This document shows positions 26,124-40,222 of a stretch of 64,000 bases of DNA, piece after piece. Below the pieces are notes generated by a model. The model worked only from the letters and a program-made list of their open reading frames with translations, did not search any database and was not told where the DNA came from. This DNA comes from Callorhinchus milii (Eukaryota), in contig NW_024704742.1 in assembly GCF_018977255.1 (NCBI RefSeq), positions 48,858,001-48,922,000 of the forward strand. Reading direction: 5' to 3'. Numbering within the stretch: the stretch's first letter is position 1; each line of letters starts with the position of its first letter. The position numbers were made by a program, and so were the translations under genes.

Positions 26124-26487
26124 GGAGTCCCGTAATGTAGTGACGAGAGCGCTCACCTCGCAAGCGAGAGGACCCGGTTTGATTCCCGATCACAGCGAAA
26201 CCTTAGGCAAGTTTCCTTACCCCATACTCGTCTGTTTATCTAGCAGTAAGTAGGAAGCCAGTTGTTAGTCATTTGGCGGACTACTTTCCGGGAGTAATTA
26301 ATCCCTTAAAATATAAAAAATTTGGTCACTCAATCCATGAATGTTTGTGGGATATTGCTGTGCGCAATTAGCTGCCGCATTTCGCCCACAAAATACACAT
26401 CTATCCACTTTACAATATATTCTGTGAAATGCTTTGAGACATGTCAACAATGCGATAAGGTGCAATATCAAATGCAAGGATTATTAT
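26124..26487 (+). mobile_element. tRNA-derived SINE, full length
   Basis: GGAGTCC head, same body and tail as the 4000 and 40223 copies. Confidence 0.9.
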
Positions 26488-29400
26488 CTCCATCACCTTC
26501 TGCTTCATGCCGAGCATCTCTGGGCTGCTTCATGCCTCCTCACCTGTTCCACGCAACCATTGGCGGGTGAGTTTTCAGCCACTTTGCTCTCACCCTCTCA
26601 AACTCTAATTCCTCTACTTCATACCCTTCCTTTCTCCTTTCAAAACATGTCCGAAAGCCTATCTCTTTGACTGTGGCTTCAGCCAACTTCTGCCTGCCCT
26701 CTATCTCCCTTTCAGCTTGAGCTCATACTCAGTCTTTGCAATGTACTTTGATACATTCTTCGAAATGAAACATTCTTTGTAAAGTGCAAATTTGTATTGC
26801 TCCAGAATCATAAACCATCATTTACCTATTGTCTTTCTCTTCCTGTGGCATCAGGTGCTCAAGTTCTTCATTACCCTTAACCTCCTCACCTTTCCTTCTA
26901 GTCTTTTTTCACAAAATGGGCCAAACAGCTTACATATATAATGCATGGTCTGGGATGAATTTAAAATGTATAAGATTGAAAATGCAGTATGGATTATCAA
27001 CATCATTATAATTAACACACTGCTTATTGCATTTCACCCCACATTTATGTTTTCTATTGGCTTAGAGCTCTATCAAAATATACAGTCAATCAAGTTATAG
27101 TATATTCTGTGTAGCACTTGGAGGTGTCTCAAAGATGTGATAAGGCACTAAAACAAATGCAAGGATCATTACTATTATCAGGTCTTCAATCATACAAATT
27201 ATATCTGAACATTGTCTCACTATTCATCCCTGGCTCAACACCACTGGATACATCTGGTAATGTACAGTGAGTACAGTGGGCATGCAAGTGTCAACCCAAG
27301 TAATAATTACCATGATTTATATGCATGAACTTATTTTGCTTATTTTATTTTGCTTATGTCACTTACGTACATGACATATTGACATATTGTCATTGCATCT
27401 CCATGACTAAAAGGTTCATATCTACCATAGTCTGATGTGAAGAAAATCTCCTGTAAACTGTAAACTGTATGAGAGTTTTACATTAAATTCATCCGGATAA
27501 TCCAAGTCCAATCCCCAAAGAGTGTGAGATCTAAACACATTGTAAAACAAACCGAGCTTCCAAATCAAGATTGAATTAAAGTTTCAATAGAAACAAATGG
27601 AGAAGGTATGATTCTAAAATAAAACAAGTTGATATAATCTTTGCGAAAGCCTTGATTATAATGCAATATAAAATCGTAGAATGATGCAATTTCAATGATA
27701 TACTTTCATTGAGCAATGCAGAAGGTTCAAGTAAAGAACAAGGATAATTGCAAGATTTAAACAATTAGCCAGTCACACTGCTTCAAGTATTGCAGTATTG
27801 TCAGTGTGCATGTAAGCATTTGAAAACCATCTCTAACAAAGGTAGCATCAAAATATAATAACAGCCAGACATAACAGGATAGGGTCCACAATTACACTTT
27901 ATTGAGTAGGCTTAGAAGGGCAGCTCTTAGGTGAGTTGACAGTCCCTGGCATTAATCCATAGGACATTTGCTATTCCCAACCCTTCTCCAGACTTGTTTT
28001 TAAGAATTTAGCATTAATATCATCTACACTGTTACCTTACCATTAGCAAGGCAATGCAGTGTGGAGTCCACTTTATCCCAGCAGATTGGATCATTAAGGC
28101 CTTTGAACAACACCTTCTGCCAATTTTTCCAACCTCAATGCAGTTTCCAATCTCTTGTAATGCTGTTAATCTGTTGCCAATTTAGCATAACATTCCCTCC
28201 AGGCCCGAACAGCACCCTCATGGACCCGTTTCAGAATACAGGACTGAACACTTGGGACCTCTCAGTTCATAATAAAAATGATGATAATAATCCTTGCAAT
28301 TGGCATAGCACCTTCCAATCAGGAGAATGTCTCACAGCACCATAGGATTTATTGCAAAGTGTAGTGAATGTATACTTTTGCAAGCAAACGCAACAGGCAA
28401 TTTCTGCACAGCATTGTCCCACGAACAGTTATGAAGTAAAATAAATATGTAAAATAAAATAAGTAAAATTAAAACTATAGAAATCCTTGGGAATGCCATG
28501 TTTCGAATGTAATATGCAATTTAAACCTTTAAACATGCTTCAAGTATACTACTTTAAGTGCTTCACTCCTGACTTCAGCCTTTTTGTTAACCCCTCTTTC
28601 CTAGGATAGGCTGTACAATATTTCGGAGGAGCTGCCTCTGATCACAGTACTCCATCAATAGGGTTGGTCATTAGGCACTAGGAATTTTTGTGTGCATTGA
28701 CTTTACCCTCAACTAAATTCCAGTTAATCCCTTGAAGCATTGATTCACTGTGTACTGCATTTCCTTTGTGGAAGTATACTTGCCCCCTATTGAGCCACTG
28801 CACTGAGCATACTCACTACTCCAACCTCATTCACCTCAATACCTTATGTGCCAAAGCTGATAATTTACAGGAGCCACATTGGTGTTTGAAGTGAGGGCAG
28901 TGGAATTAATGATATTTATAAAACTAACTTCACAGTTCTATAGATCTAATTTGCAATATTTACAAACCTTGTATTGCAAACCAAAAGTTACAATTAACAG
29001 ACTGAATTTATTTTTGGAATATTAGAAGTTAGACTCCATTGTTTGGTAACCACTATTCACATCCAGGTGGTCAATAATATTCAGGTATTTGGTAACATAT
29101 GAAGTGAAACTTACAAAATTGACCTTTTTTCATTGGAGAATTGAAATGCAGTTGGTGAGAAAACATGATTCTCCTAATTTGTAAGGTATAAAATAAATAT
29201 AAGTTGTTATAGGCAAATATATTATATTTCCCCACAAAATAATGAATATGTGGAACAGATGTTCACCGAAACAACTACTGCTTTGTTGATTTACTCCTTT
29301 AAAACACAGGATGAATATCCAGTTAAGAATAGGATCAAAGGTTATGAGGATGATAATTTTCACACATTTTAAATACTCTAGAACATGATACAAAATGTGT

Positions 29401-30339
29401 TGGAATAATAGGATTGCCATCTGAAGGAAGCAACTGGTCGAATAATATACACTGTGATGTTTAATTGATATAATAATAATAATAATCCTTGCATTTGATA
29501 CAGTGCTTTTCAGGTCTTCAAGACATATCAAAACGCTTCACAGAATATACTGTAAAGTGAATTGATCGTATATTTGAGGGTGAAACGTGGCAGCCAATTG
29601 CGCACAGCAGAGTTTTTGTTCAATTAACTTTGGTGATCAAGGAGAAATATCAGAGGTTAGTCTTCACAGAAGATATATTTGTGGTTTAGGGATCTTGGAA
29701 CTGCCACACTAGGTATGGCTCTGGCTTGACAGCTTTTATAAGATTTTTTTTTATTTTGGGTTAAAAGCTGCAAGTGTCCAATGATATTTGTTTAACCTTA
29801 ACATATTTTTCTGTAAAGTGAGATATCGCCACAGCTGTCCCTGCTTGACTGTCCTTCTGTGCTTATTTAATAGCCTGAGGAGATTAAATACATTGCAAGT
29901 TCATGAAAACACAGAATGTCTGGACTGTGAGAAGAACTCTTCTCAGTAAATTGAAAGCCTTTTGCCATCCTGTGCTTTCTTGTATTTATTTTTATGAAAT
30001 TATAGTTTGGTTAGCTTAACACCCATGGTATTAAATGTCCCAGAAAGTAAACTAAAGGGACCATATTCATGATATCCTCGTAGAAAAATGAAAAGAAAGA
30101 AAATAGATTTATTGATAAGTGACTATGTTTCACAATTCTATTGCACTTTTTAAATGACAAACATTAAATAATAATAATAATTTTTTTGCACTTAATGTGC
30201 TCAATCTTCCTTGACTTCCATTCCTCTTGGCCTTGGTATGGGAATAAGATAGGTCCAAGCTTCTGGAAAGCATCCAAAGGCACTAGAGTATCCTGGCCTC
30301 ATTCACCTTTCCCTGCAACCTGTACAACCTGGCAACTGT

Positions 30340-32770
30340 TGATCACCTGCTGAGTAAACACAAACTTTCTGCTGCCTGTCCTGAAATGCTCTTTACAACT
30401 CTAAACCTATGTCCTATTGGCCTACTGTCTTGTTGCATCCTAAAGTATTGAACTGGGTTTAATTTTTCAAACCCATTTAAAATTGTGTACACTCCTGAGG
30501 CGTCTTCTCTCAAAACTGAAAACCCCCAGTTTATCTAATCATTGCTCGTAACTCATTTTCTAACACTGAGGATCATCCTTATTACTCTCCTATGCACTGA
30601 CGCTAGAGTCTAGGAAGCCCACGTATGTTATGGAAATGAGAACTGTACACAGTACCATGGTCACAACCCGACCAGAGCACTATGTAGCTTGAATATAACT
30701 TCTGCAGTTCTGAACTCAATTGATTTGGCAATATAGTCTACCATTCTGTTTGCTTTGTTTATTGCTGCCTCACATTGGTTTGACACAGTGAGCGATGAGT
30801 CAACTAACACCTCTAAATCTTTTTCAGCTGCCTTTTGGCAAGGTCTGTCCCATTCATGGAACACATATGCTTCTTATTTCTACTTCCTATATGTAATACC
30901 TCGCATTTATCTCCACTGAACTTCGTTTGTCAGTTATCATCCCAGATCATAGCCAATCAAGCTCTCTTTGTAAGACCTTTACTTCCCCATCTGATTCCCC
31001 AGTAACCCCCTTCCCAGTCCAACTTGGCGTTATCTGTAAATATAACTACCTAACTCTAGGGCTGTGAATTCCGATCAATATATTCAAGGAACAGGAGGCA
31101 TCTGAGAACAGATCCCTGAGGCACTCTGTTTCATACTTCCTCCTAATTTGATCGAGCTCCCTTAACAACGATCCTTTGCTTTTTTCCCTTTAGCCAATTC
31201 TGATTCTATGTCCATGTCTTGCCCTTGATACCAATTGACATTAATTTCTGAAGTAGTCTCTCATGTGGTACTTTGTCAAATCTTTTTGAAGTCTCGATAC
31301 ACTATGCAATACTTGATACGATATGACTTTCCACAGTTGATTTCGGCTATCACTCACTCAAAATAGTCTATGAGGTTGGTCGGATGAGATCTACCTCTCC
31401 TCTGGATCCATGCTCAATGTGATTTATTTGATTATTTACATTTCTTTTTAAGGGTTGACTCCATCAGTTTTGCAATTATTGAGATCGGGCAAATACAACA
31501 ACAACAAAATTACATTTATAGAGCGCCTTTCACGTTGGGAGGACGTCCCAAAGCGCTGAACAGTCAGGTGTCAGGGCCTGAGTATGGGGGAGGGGTGGTG
31601 TAGGGGTGAGGGAAGGTAGAGAGGTGGGAGCGCGACCGAAGGCACGATCAAAGAGAAGGATCTTGAGACTGGCCTTGAAGGAGGCAAGGGAGGAAGCGAG
31701 GCGAAAGGACCATGGGATGGAGTTCCAGAGTGTGGGGTCATAGAGGCTGAAAGCCCGGCCACTGATGGTAGAGCGGATCGGGCGGGAGACATGGAGCAGG
31801 CCGGAGCCCGCTGAATGGAGGAAGCGGGCAGGTTGGTAGGAATGGGTCAACAGTTGGCAGGTAAGGACCTGTCACCTTTGAATGTTGAATATTCGTTGAA
31901 CGGTTACTTGCTTCCAATCTTTTGAAACCTCAGCAGTGGTGATTGACTCCCTCATAATACCAGTGCTACATAAATATTCTGCTTATCTCTCTAAGTACCC
32001 TGGGGTCCAGTACATCCATCCTGAGGGATTTGTTGGTTTTTAGCCTTGAGACTATCTAGAACATGAGCCTCCTTTTTGTCAACATCCTGGAGTATAAAAA
32101 GTGTTTGCTGTATGTTGAGGTGGTATGTTTTTAGTACTGTCCCTCGTAAACACAACCTTCGCTTTTTTGAGTCATTCAGTATTCTAACATCCTTTCCTGA
32201 CTACACTCTTACTCTTATAATAATGAATGGAATTTTTGGATTTATGCTTTGCATTTGCTGTGTATCCCTTTCCAGTTTTCTCAAAATTACCCTAATCTCT
32301 TTTTACCTCCTTCTGCACAGTTTTGCAGTGGGCTAAATGTTAACCTTCTTTTTAATAATAATAATCCTTGAATTTGATATAGCACCTTATCAAGTCTTCA
32401 AGAAGTCTCAAAGTGCTTCGCAGAATATACTGTAAAGTGATTTTTTTTTCAAAGAAGTTTTGTAAATCTTATTTTTTTTCTTTTAATTTTTTTTCCTTTT
32501 TTATTTTCCTATTGATCCATTTTAGAGTATTTTTTGTTTAATTTATCTCAGTTGCACTTGGGTTTGTGCTTGTCCTGCAGGCTCTACGTAATGATTCTTA
32601 AGGATATCCATTTATCCTCAACTGATTTGTCTTTGAGTAATGTCTCCCAGTCCATGTCACTTAGTTCAGTTTTCATATCCCTGAGGTTTGCTCATTTAAA
32701 GTTGTATACTGTAGTTTGGCTGTGTGCTTGTGCCATTTTCCAAGTCAAATTGAATGTTATTGAGCTGTGG
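30340..32770 (-). mobile_element. Highly decayed CR1-type LINE, interrupted by an L2 3' fragment and a SINE tail (about 32353-32440)
   Basis: EKDLEVLVDSSL...QCEAAINKANRMV...IFKLHSALV (CR1 ORF2 C-terminal region), plus decayed RT remnants. Boundaries approximate. Confidence 0.7.
31497..31850 (-). mobile_element. L2 LINE 3' end
   Basis: GLLHVSRPIRSTISGRAFSLYDPTLWNSIP...SLASFKASLKILLFDRAF, followed by a hairpin tail and (TTG)n. Confidence 0.9.
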
Positions 32771-33235
32771 TTACTGTTACCTCTCAAAGCACTTCACAGA
32801 GATGGAGCAGGAGCCAGAGTTGGGAGGAACAAAAAGGTGGTGAGCAAATATCTGAAGACACAGCCAAAAGATAGGTATTTGACAATTTGAAAACGAGAGA
32901 GAAGGAGTAAGGCAAAAGGGTATCTGAAGAGTTTAGAGGCAAAGTGGCTGAAAGCTTGCCTGTTGGTAGTGGATAGAGCAGGCACGGGGATGAAGCAGAC
33001 CCGAGTTGGCGGAATAGAGGAAAGTAGGATCAGAGGAGGTCACAGAATTATGATGGTGTTAGGCCATGGAGGCACTTGAAGGTAAGGATGATCCTGTGTC
33101 AGCCTGGCTCAGTTGGTAGCACTATCGCCTCTGAGGCAGACGGTTGTGGGTTGTATGCAACCGGGCTGCCACGTTCACCCACAAAAAACACAAAGTCACT
33201 CCAGTTTACAGTATATCCTGTGAAGCACTCATCCA

Positions 33236-33548
33236 CGTCAAAGGACAGCATCTCCAACAATGCGGCTCACTCCTAGCACTGTATTGGAGTATCAGCTAGA
33301 CTATTTGATTCCAAATCCCAATGTTGCGGCTTGAACTGACAACATAAGAACATAAAGAATGCTAGACAAAAAAAGACCAAAGTCCATCTAGTTCACCTTC
33401 CACCTTCCTGGCGGTCGCATGCACCTATGTCCTGAACTACCTATGTACTGTATCCAATAATGTTATTTCCTAAAAGAAAACTATCTTATCTGTGTTTGAT
33501 AACCTTCTGACACAGAGGGGAGAATGCTACCAACTGAGCCAGGCTGAA
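33236..33548 (-). mobile_element. Deu-domain SINE 5' part, interrupted by a probable CR1 3' end (about 33343-33500)
   Basis: Head tcagcctggctcagttggtagcattctc (minus), Deu-like body; the inserted segment starts with acataagaacata, typical of a CR1 tail. Confidence 0.55.
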
Positions 33549-33659
33549 ACACACTCATGCTTATCTTCAAAAAACTGCCTTACAAATTTAGACTGAATTT
33601 AAAATTGCTCTAAAATTCTGTGAAATCTTAAATTTTAAGACAAACCAAGGGTAAATAAT

Positions 33660-33940
33660 TACAGAGTGACTTTTGTGGGTGAACAGGGGTAGCCAATTGC
33701 GCCAGCCAGCATCCCACAAACAGTCATGGATTGAGTGACCAAATTATTATATTTTTGGAGGGATTATTACCCCCAGAAAGCGATCTGCCAATTGACTAAC
33801 AAGCAAGTTGGTACTTACTACTAGGTAAACTGAGGCGTATCTGTGGAGTAAGGAAACTTGCCTAATGTTTCGTCCTGTCTTGCTGGTAATCGAACCCGGG
33901 TACTCTCGCTTGCGAGGCAACCGCACTAACCACTACAATA
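33660..33940 (-). mobile_element. tRNA-derived SINE (diverged)
   Basis: Reverse complement of the family head and body. Confidence 0.8.
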
Positions 33941-34454
33941 TAGCTTAAATACGGAAACTCTCCTCCCTCCACTCAATGTATTGCAACCAAAAATATACAT
34001 CTGTCCCAATGCCCAGTAGAGACTGAAGGACTAAACTTCCATTTCGATATTCTACATACGCTCCGTGTAGATGGTAATTTGAGGTCTTAGCTCACATCAC
34101 TGAATAGATACTGACATGCTCCAATAAAGGTATGAAGCAGTGGATGTAATGTAAATTTCAAAAGAGCAGACATCATGTAAAATATCTGGTTTCACGGAGT
34201 AACTTTAAGGCTGCAATTTGATTTATGGAAGAAGGAAAGGTCAGATGATGTTCAATCTATTGTCCAACAGCTTCAGAGAATGCCACGCTTCCTGGACTGG
34301 TGTATTTTAAAACAAATACAGTATATATACTGGGAAACTGAAAAAGGCCATTTTATTACAGGTATAAAAGCTATACAAAAACCCTATATAATGAAATAAG
34401 TGCATTTAAATTTTAGTTCATTTGTTTATATCACTATTAGTTTATTAGCCTCTG

Positions 34455-34705
34455 TTAGTAAGTAGGAACCTGGTTGTTAGTCGATTGATAGATTGCTTTT
34501 CTGAGAGTAATAACCCCTCCAAAAATGAATAAATAAAGTTTGTCACTCAATTTACAACTGTTTGTGGACACTGGTGTGTATAATTGGCTGCCGCATTTTG
34601 CCCACAAAATACACCGTCAATCCACTTTATAGTACATTCTGTGAAGCGCTTTGAGACGTCTCAATGAGGTTGATAAGGCGCTATATCAATGCAAGGATTA
34701 TTATT
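34455..34705 (+). mobile_element. 5'-truncated tRNA-SINE
   Basis: Family body and tail without the head. Confidence 0.85.
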
Positions 34706-35617
34706 AGTTGCAATATCATCCTTTGTTTTAATCTTCTAAATTCACTGAGGCATTTTGACATTATATGCGCTGTGTCAAAAGTAAGGTATTTCATTGTCAG
34801 CATTATTTCTCATATAGTGTGATTATTTAAACTTTTAAAAAATAAAATACTATATGTTCAATGTTCCATACCTTCCTTCTTTTCTAATATTTTGAGTGAA
34901 AATGCTTTACCTGTTTCCTAGCGTCTCTGGGTTCCACTATGTGTTTTGAAACTGTCTCCCATATTGGCTTCAGATTGGCTACTAAATGCTGAAAACAAGC
35001 TCTGCAGGTTGTTTTGAACCAGTTGAGGCTCAGAAGAATAAACTCAGTCAGATCATGCCATTGAAGCAATTAGGTCAATCTTCACATGTCTTTTTGAGGT
35101 CAACACATTGTGCTCCAGGCTTGCAACAAGATAACTAGCAGGGAAACCCTGTTCAAACAAATTATTTCAATGGCGATATCCTGGAGTTAAAAACCACTGG
35201 AGCTTTGCTCTTGTAGGTTAGATCATCTGAATATCTTGATTAGATAACAGCTCTGTAACTCACTGCCAAACATCCATTGTACAGTATATTGATGATTACT
35301 GGTTAGTATTATATGCATTTCAAAGAGTCAATAGAACCCACTTTTTCATTGAAACCAAGTTTCATATGTGTTTAGAAAGAAAAGTTTGATCCGTTGTGTA
35401 CCATGTTGTAATAACTGGAGTGTTACCCCATAATAATACAATACAAAATTACAGAATTACATTTGTATCACGCCTTGCACATTAGGAAGATGTCCCAAGA
35501 CGTTGGGAGGATGCCCCAAGGAATTGTTAATGATAATAATAATCCTTGCATTTAATACAGCACCTTTAATGTGGGAGGATGTCTCAAAGAGCTTCACAGC
35601 ACATATTATAAAGTGTT

Positions 35618-35943
35618 ATAATAATAATAATAATCCTTGCATTTGATATAGCGCTTTTCACGTCGGGAGGACGTCCCAAAGCGCTTCACAGAACACACTG
35701 TAAAGTGAATTGACTGTATATTTTTTTTGTGGGCGAACGCGGCAGCCAATTGCGCACAGCAATGTCCCACAAACAGTCGTAGATTGAAAATGACCAATTT
35801 ATTATTGTTTTTGTTTTTTGGAGGGATTATTATTAGGCGTGTGGAGTAAGGAAACTTGCCCAAGGTTTCGCCCTCTGCCTGGAATTGAACTCAGGTCTCT
35901 CGCTTGCAAAGCGAGTGCTCTAACCACTGAGCTACAGGACTCC
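35618..35943 (-). mobile_element. Young tRNA-SINE, internal-deletion subfamily
   Basis: Intact head GGAGTCCTGTAGCTCAGTGGTTAGAGC...GAGTTCAATTCC; nearly identical to 43904-44228. Confidence 0.92.
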
Positions 35944-38715
35944 TGTGTTGTGACTATAGATAGTGTGTGTATGTACTGAATTTTGTGGGTGAACATAATC
36001 CCCCAGTATAGGGGTATTAGAAATCTATATTCTTATGTCTTGAGATTACTCCTAATAATATGTTTACTCTAATGAAAAATAAATTAAAAGGTAGGACTGA
36101 GATCAAGCAAGTTCTATATGAATGCCAAAGAATCCTTGATACTCTGAAACAGCATTGATTATTGGTTTCAATTATTGTAAGCGTTTTGTAATTTTTTGGA
36201 CAGGTTAGTTTCATTAATTTCTCAAGCACATTCCCCAGTGAGGTTGTCTACATAGTAATATTGAAATTACTTAAATTCAGGAGCATCTAAATCCGCACGG
36301 ACATCCTCTGGCACAAGCAATAGCTTGCACACATTGAAATTGATTCAAAGCCCCTGAACCGTTGCTATTCTGTAGTTCCTGCATCCAGTTGCTGTTTTGC
36401 AGCAGCCTTGAAAAAGCATAATTCACAACTGTGCTTTCCTTAATTCCTCTAAATTCAATTGGACTCCAGTAGTAGGTGACAAAACTGGTTGATGAGTTGA
36501 TGCATATACCTATCATCACAGTCAAAACTACAATTTAGGATTTTTGCTTAACTGGTAACCCTGATTTCTCCATAATAATTAATAATAAAATAATTAATTT
36601 AAGAAATATATGTGCTTAAGTAAGTCTCAAGTTTGTTAACTGTGTTGTTATAAACATATTACAGTTATTTGCTTCAAAAAAATGGTCTTAAATCAGGAGA
36701 CCTGAAAGCTATATATTTATTTAACTGATCACAATTACAAAAGAAAAGCTCAAATTGCTATTATCAATGGAAAATTATATTGGTTTCAAAATGTTGGATA
36801 ACTCAAATATTAAAAAACAATAAACAATAAAGTATATTGCCCCTTACTAAGTCTGGTAAAATATTGAGGAATAATTTGATTCACAGTAATTTAAAATATG
36901 ATTTGTTTAAAAATATATATATTAATGGGACATGTTATTGCAATCTTGCCTAGTAGTTAAAGGTAGATTCTATTTGCTTATTAACATCTTGATGAATGTT
37001 ATTAATTTGACTTCTTTTGCCAAAGTGCCCCTTTTAAACCTTCTTGAATCAATAGAAATCCAGATCTGAACTGCCTCAGCACTCATTGCACCATCAGTTC
37101 CATTGGATTGAAGATTTAAATTAATTTCTTTCAAAGTACTCCAATGTGACTTACAGCACAGATGTCAAATCTACTAAGCGGTTCACACATTCTCAGTCAA
37201 GCAACCAACACAGAAAGGAAGTAAGGCTGAATCTACAATGATATTTCTCATTTTAATGCAGATTGCTAAAATCACAGCCATCACAGTTAGAAGTCTCAAT
37301 CAGAGGAAGGGGGAAATCAGTTTAAGAGACTTTTATTTGCAGCAGAAAATAAAAGGTAAGTTAAATTTTTTTTGTGTGATGCCAAGAGGTAAAACAGAGA
37401 AAGAAATGCTGAACTTTTACAGGGATTACATTTAAATTGGCAAAGAATGTGTAATCAGACATTGAAGCAAGAACACAGAACGTGTTCAGTAAAATTGTAG
37501 TAAGATATCTCTTTTGAATTTTTTTTTGTGTGTTCCATCGTTTTCTCTGCCTGTTAATATAATTGTATAGTATTTACTATTTGTGGAGGCAAACAACAAT
37601 CTAATAACAATGCATTATTGAATGCACAACAGCAGTTCTACAATATCAAGGGTTGTTTTTACTGATTGCTGGATTTTTCCAGATATCTTTCTTCCATTAT
37701 ACGTGTTGCCATGCAGCAGGCTGCTGTGTTGTGTCTGAGCACACACCAGCACTGACCTTTGCTGTAAGATGCACTATAGGCAGCACAAGCTCTCACATCA
37801 ATTTACCAGGATTGGATGTGGCATCTTGTGGTTAATTTGATTTAGGAAAAGATGCACCTGGCCCTCCATTTCCCCAAGGGTTGGGGAGGGGGTCTGGGGC
37901 CTTACAGACGTCATCCATCTGAGTGGCCCATGTGTCGTCCAACTGCTGAGCAGTTTATCTTCATTCTCCAACTTTTAACCCTTATTATACAGATGACGGT
38001 CCCAATTCACAAAGATTTGTTTTTTTTTCTTGACGCTTTCTGATACATACATTTGAAGATAAAGGCAGGGAAATACAACAACATCAACAACAACTTGCAG
38101 TTATATAGTGCCTTTCACATGGGCTAGTGTCTCATAGCGCTGAATGCATACATTCAGAAACATTTACACATGAGGTCAGACAAATGATCAAAGGCATTAA
38201 ACTTCTGGTTAAATGCTCTGAATCTTTGGAAGATAAAAGAAAAGTGGTCTTATCAAGGATTGAAATTGTAGATGGCAGAATGGAAATTATTGAAATGTAA
38301 CAGGGTTTGGTTCTCTCTTCTACCTTTATATAATTTTCACGCACATAAATTTCCAGTCAGTAATCCAATGATGGGCTTTACGTGGTGTCAAGAACCGCTG
38401 AGAGTGACACCTGAATGGTTTGTCAACAACATGAACCCCAAGATTGGATTAGTGCTTTAGTGGATTAGGAAGCAGTAGTTACTATGGTTGATAAGTAAAA
38501 TCGTTTTTGTCTAAATAAATTGCTTTCCTTACCTTGCTGATCTGTTAGTTGTCTGCTGCTGTTTGAGGATGGAAGCAGCAATGCATGACACAACAGAAGG
38601 CTAATACTAATTCAGTGGAGCCTTGATTATCCACTGTAATGGAGAGAATAATTGATATTGGTGGGTTATGAAGGCCTCATATACTCACAGTTTTCTGCTT
38701 CATATTTAGATACAG

Positions 38716-38734
38716 TGCTACCACCTAGTGGGAA
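38716..38734 (-). promoter_or_regulatory. Candidate CTCF site
   Basis: Minus strand TTCCCACTAGGTGGTAGCA closely matches the CTCF core CCACYAGRKGGCRS. Confidence 0.5.
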
Positions 38735-38889
38735 CTGTGGTAGTGAGATGAGTAGATGATAGTAATGGAAGAACAATCACATTCTGTACTAGAAAAGGCA
38801 ATATTGATTGGTTTGTAGGCAATATATTTACTTTTATCCCACTGAAACCATTAAGATTTATTTACTGCATCCATAGACCTTCTGCATCC

Positions 38890-39300
38890 ACTGTCTCGTG
38901 CAGTGTTCCTCAGGGCTCTGTCCTTGGTCCCCTCCTCTTCAACCTCTACAGGCTCCCCCTTGATGACATCATCCGCAGACATGGGGTAAATTTCCACATG
39001 TATGTGGATGACACCCAACTCCATCTCTCTGCTTCCATCCTGAACTCCAGGATTACTGGCGTCCTGGCCGACTGCCTGTCCGACATCAAGTCCTGGACGA
39101 GGGCCAACTTTCTCCAACTCAATGTCAGTAAGACTGAGGCCCTCCCGATTGGCTCGTGCCAGCGCCTCCGCACCTCAGGCGCTGGCAGCATCAACCTCCA
39201 CGGCTGCACACTCAACCTCACTAAGCCAGTCAGGAACCTGGGTGTCTTGTTTGACCCTGAACTGTCCTTTCTCCCCCACATCCGCGATATGACCGGCATT
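38890..39300 (+). mobile_element. L2 LINE RT fragment
   Basis: [12 protein letters not shown]...[10 protein letters not shown]...[22 protein letters not shown]...[14 protein letters not shown]. Confidence 0.9.
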
Positions 39301-40222
39301 ATATTACCAACATACATTACTTCCGACTATACACATGCACAGTACAGCAGGAAGTGATGTCAGCAGCAAATTTTACCCAGTTCAGCTTCCCACATCAAAA
39401 GAAAAAATGGCCAGCCTGCAGGTCAGCAAACAGGAAGTGTTGCTGGCATTGATCTGATGACCTGGAAGCTATCAATTTTTAGCGCGGGAACACGGGACCA
39501 CAGCTGACTACGCAGAGGTGCAGCAAGGTTTGAACTAGAAAGTTCAGTTTTAAGGGAATCTGTACAGTGTCTGGTCAAAAGCATTGACTGGACACCAAAC
39601 ATCCGACATTGCAATTTTCAATCTTCTATAGAGTGTCCCATGGTTTGAATAGTTCTGGTGAGGCTGGAGCATGCACACGCTGCCCAACTACTTCCTGCTC
39701 TCACATGCAAGGTTTTTTTAATATTGCGTCCCACTTTAGCCAGCTCATGGTGCAGGGTGGATGGGCGGCGGATGGGTTCTGAAATAATATATTTTTTTCA
39801 TTTGGAATGTCTTTCTAGCAATCAACCACAAGCAGTGAAGCAATAGGTTGGTGGTACTGTTTTTCTAGGCAGGCCAGCGACAGTCTGTGAATTGACCCCG
39901 AGAGCCAGTTTTGAGAAACTGGAAAGTTGGTAAACTTAATGTGCAGTGAAGCAAGGTGTCGCACCTCGCTATAATGTGTGTTGGAATTTTATGAATCTCA
40001 AACCTCACATTATAACAAAATCCCACTGTATTTGCCTGTGAGTCGAACCCAGGTCTTCTCACCTGCTCGGTGAGTGCTCCAACCACTAAGCTACAGGACT
40101 CCACAATACTTTGGATGTGACCTGATCAAAACTAATTAGCAGATTCGAGCACAACTTCTTGGCTACCCCTCTTGTATCCAACCCCCAGCTTGGGTACAAA
40201 CTTTCACTTGTCAGGCACCTTT

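Noticed and set aside
35870..35943. tRNA-Ala-like gene (also at 4000, 26124, 40223, 44160, 62240)
   Set aside because: These are SINE heads: the acceptor stem is not closed and each runs into the shared SINE body and tail.
39320..39960. Possible non-autonomous DNA-transposon remnant (also about 1000-1500)
   Set aside because: Repeat-like appearance, but I could not establish termini or a second alignable copy.
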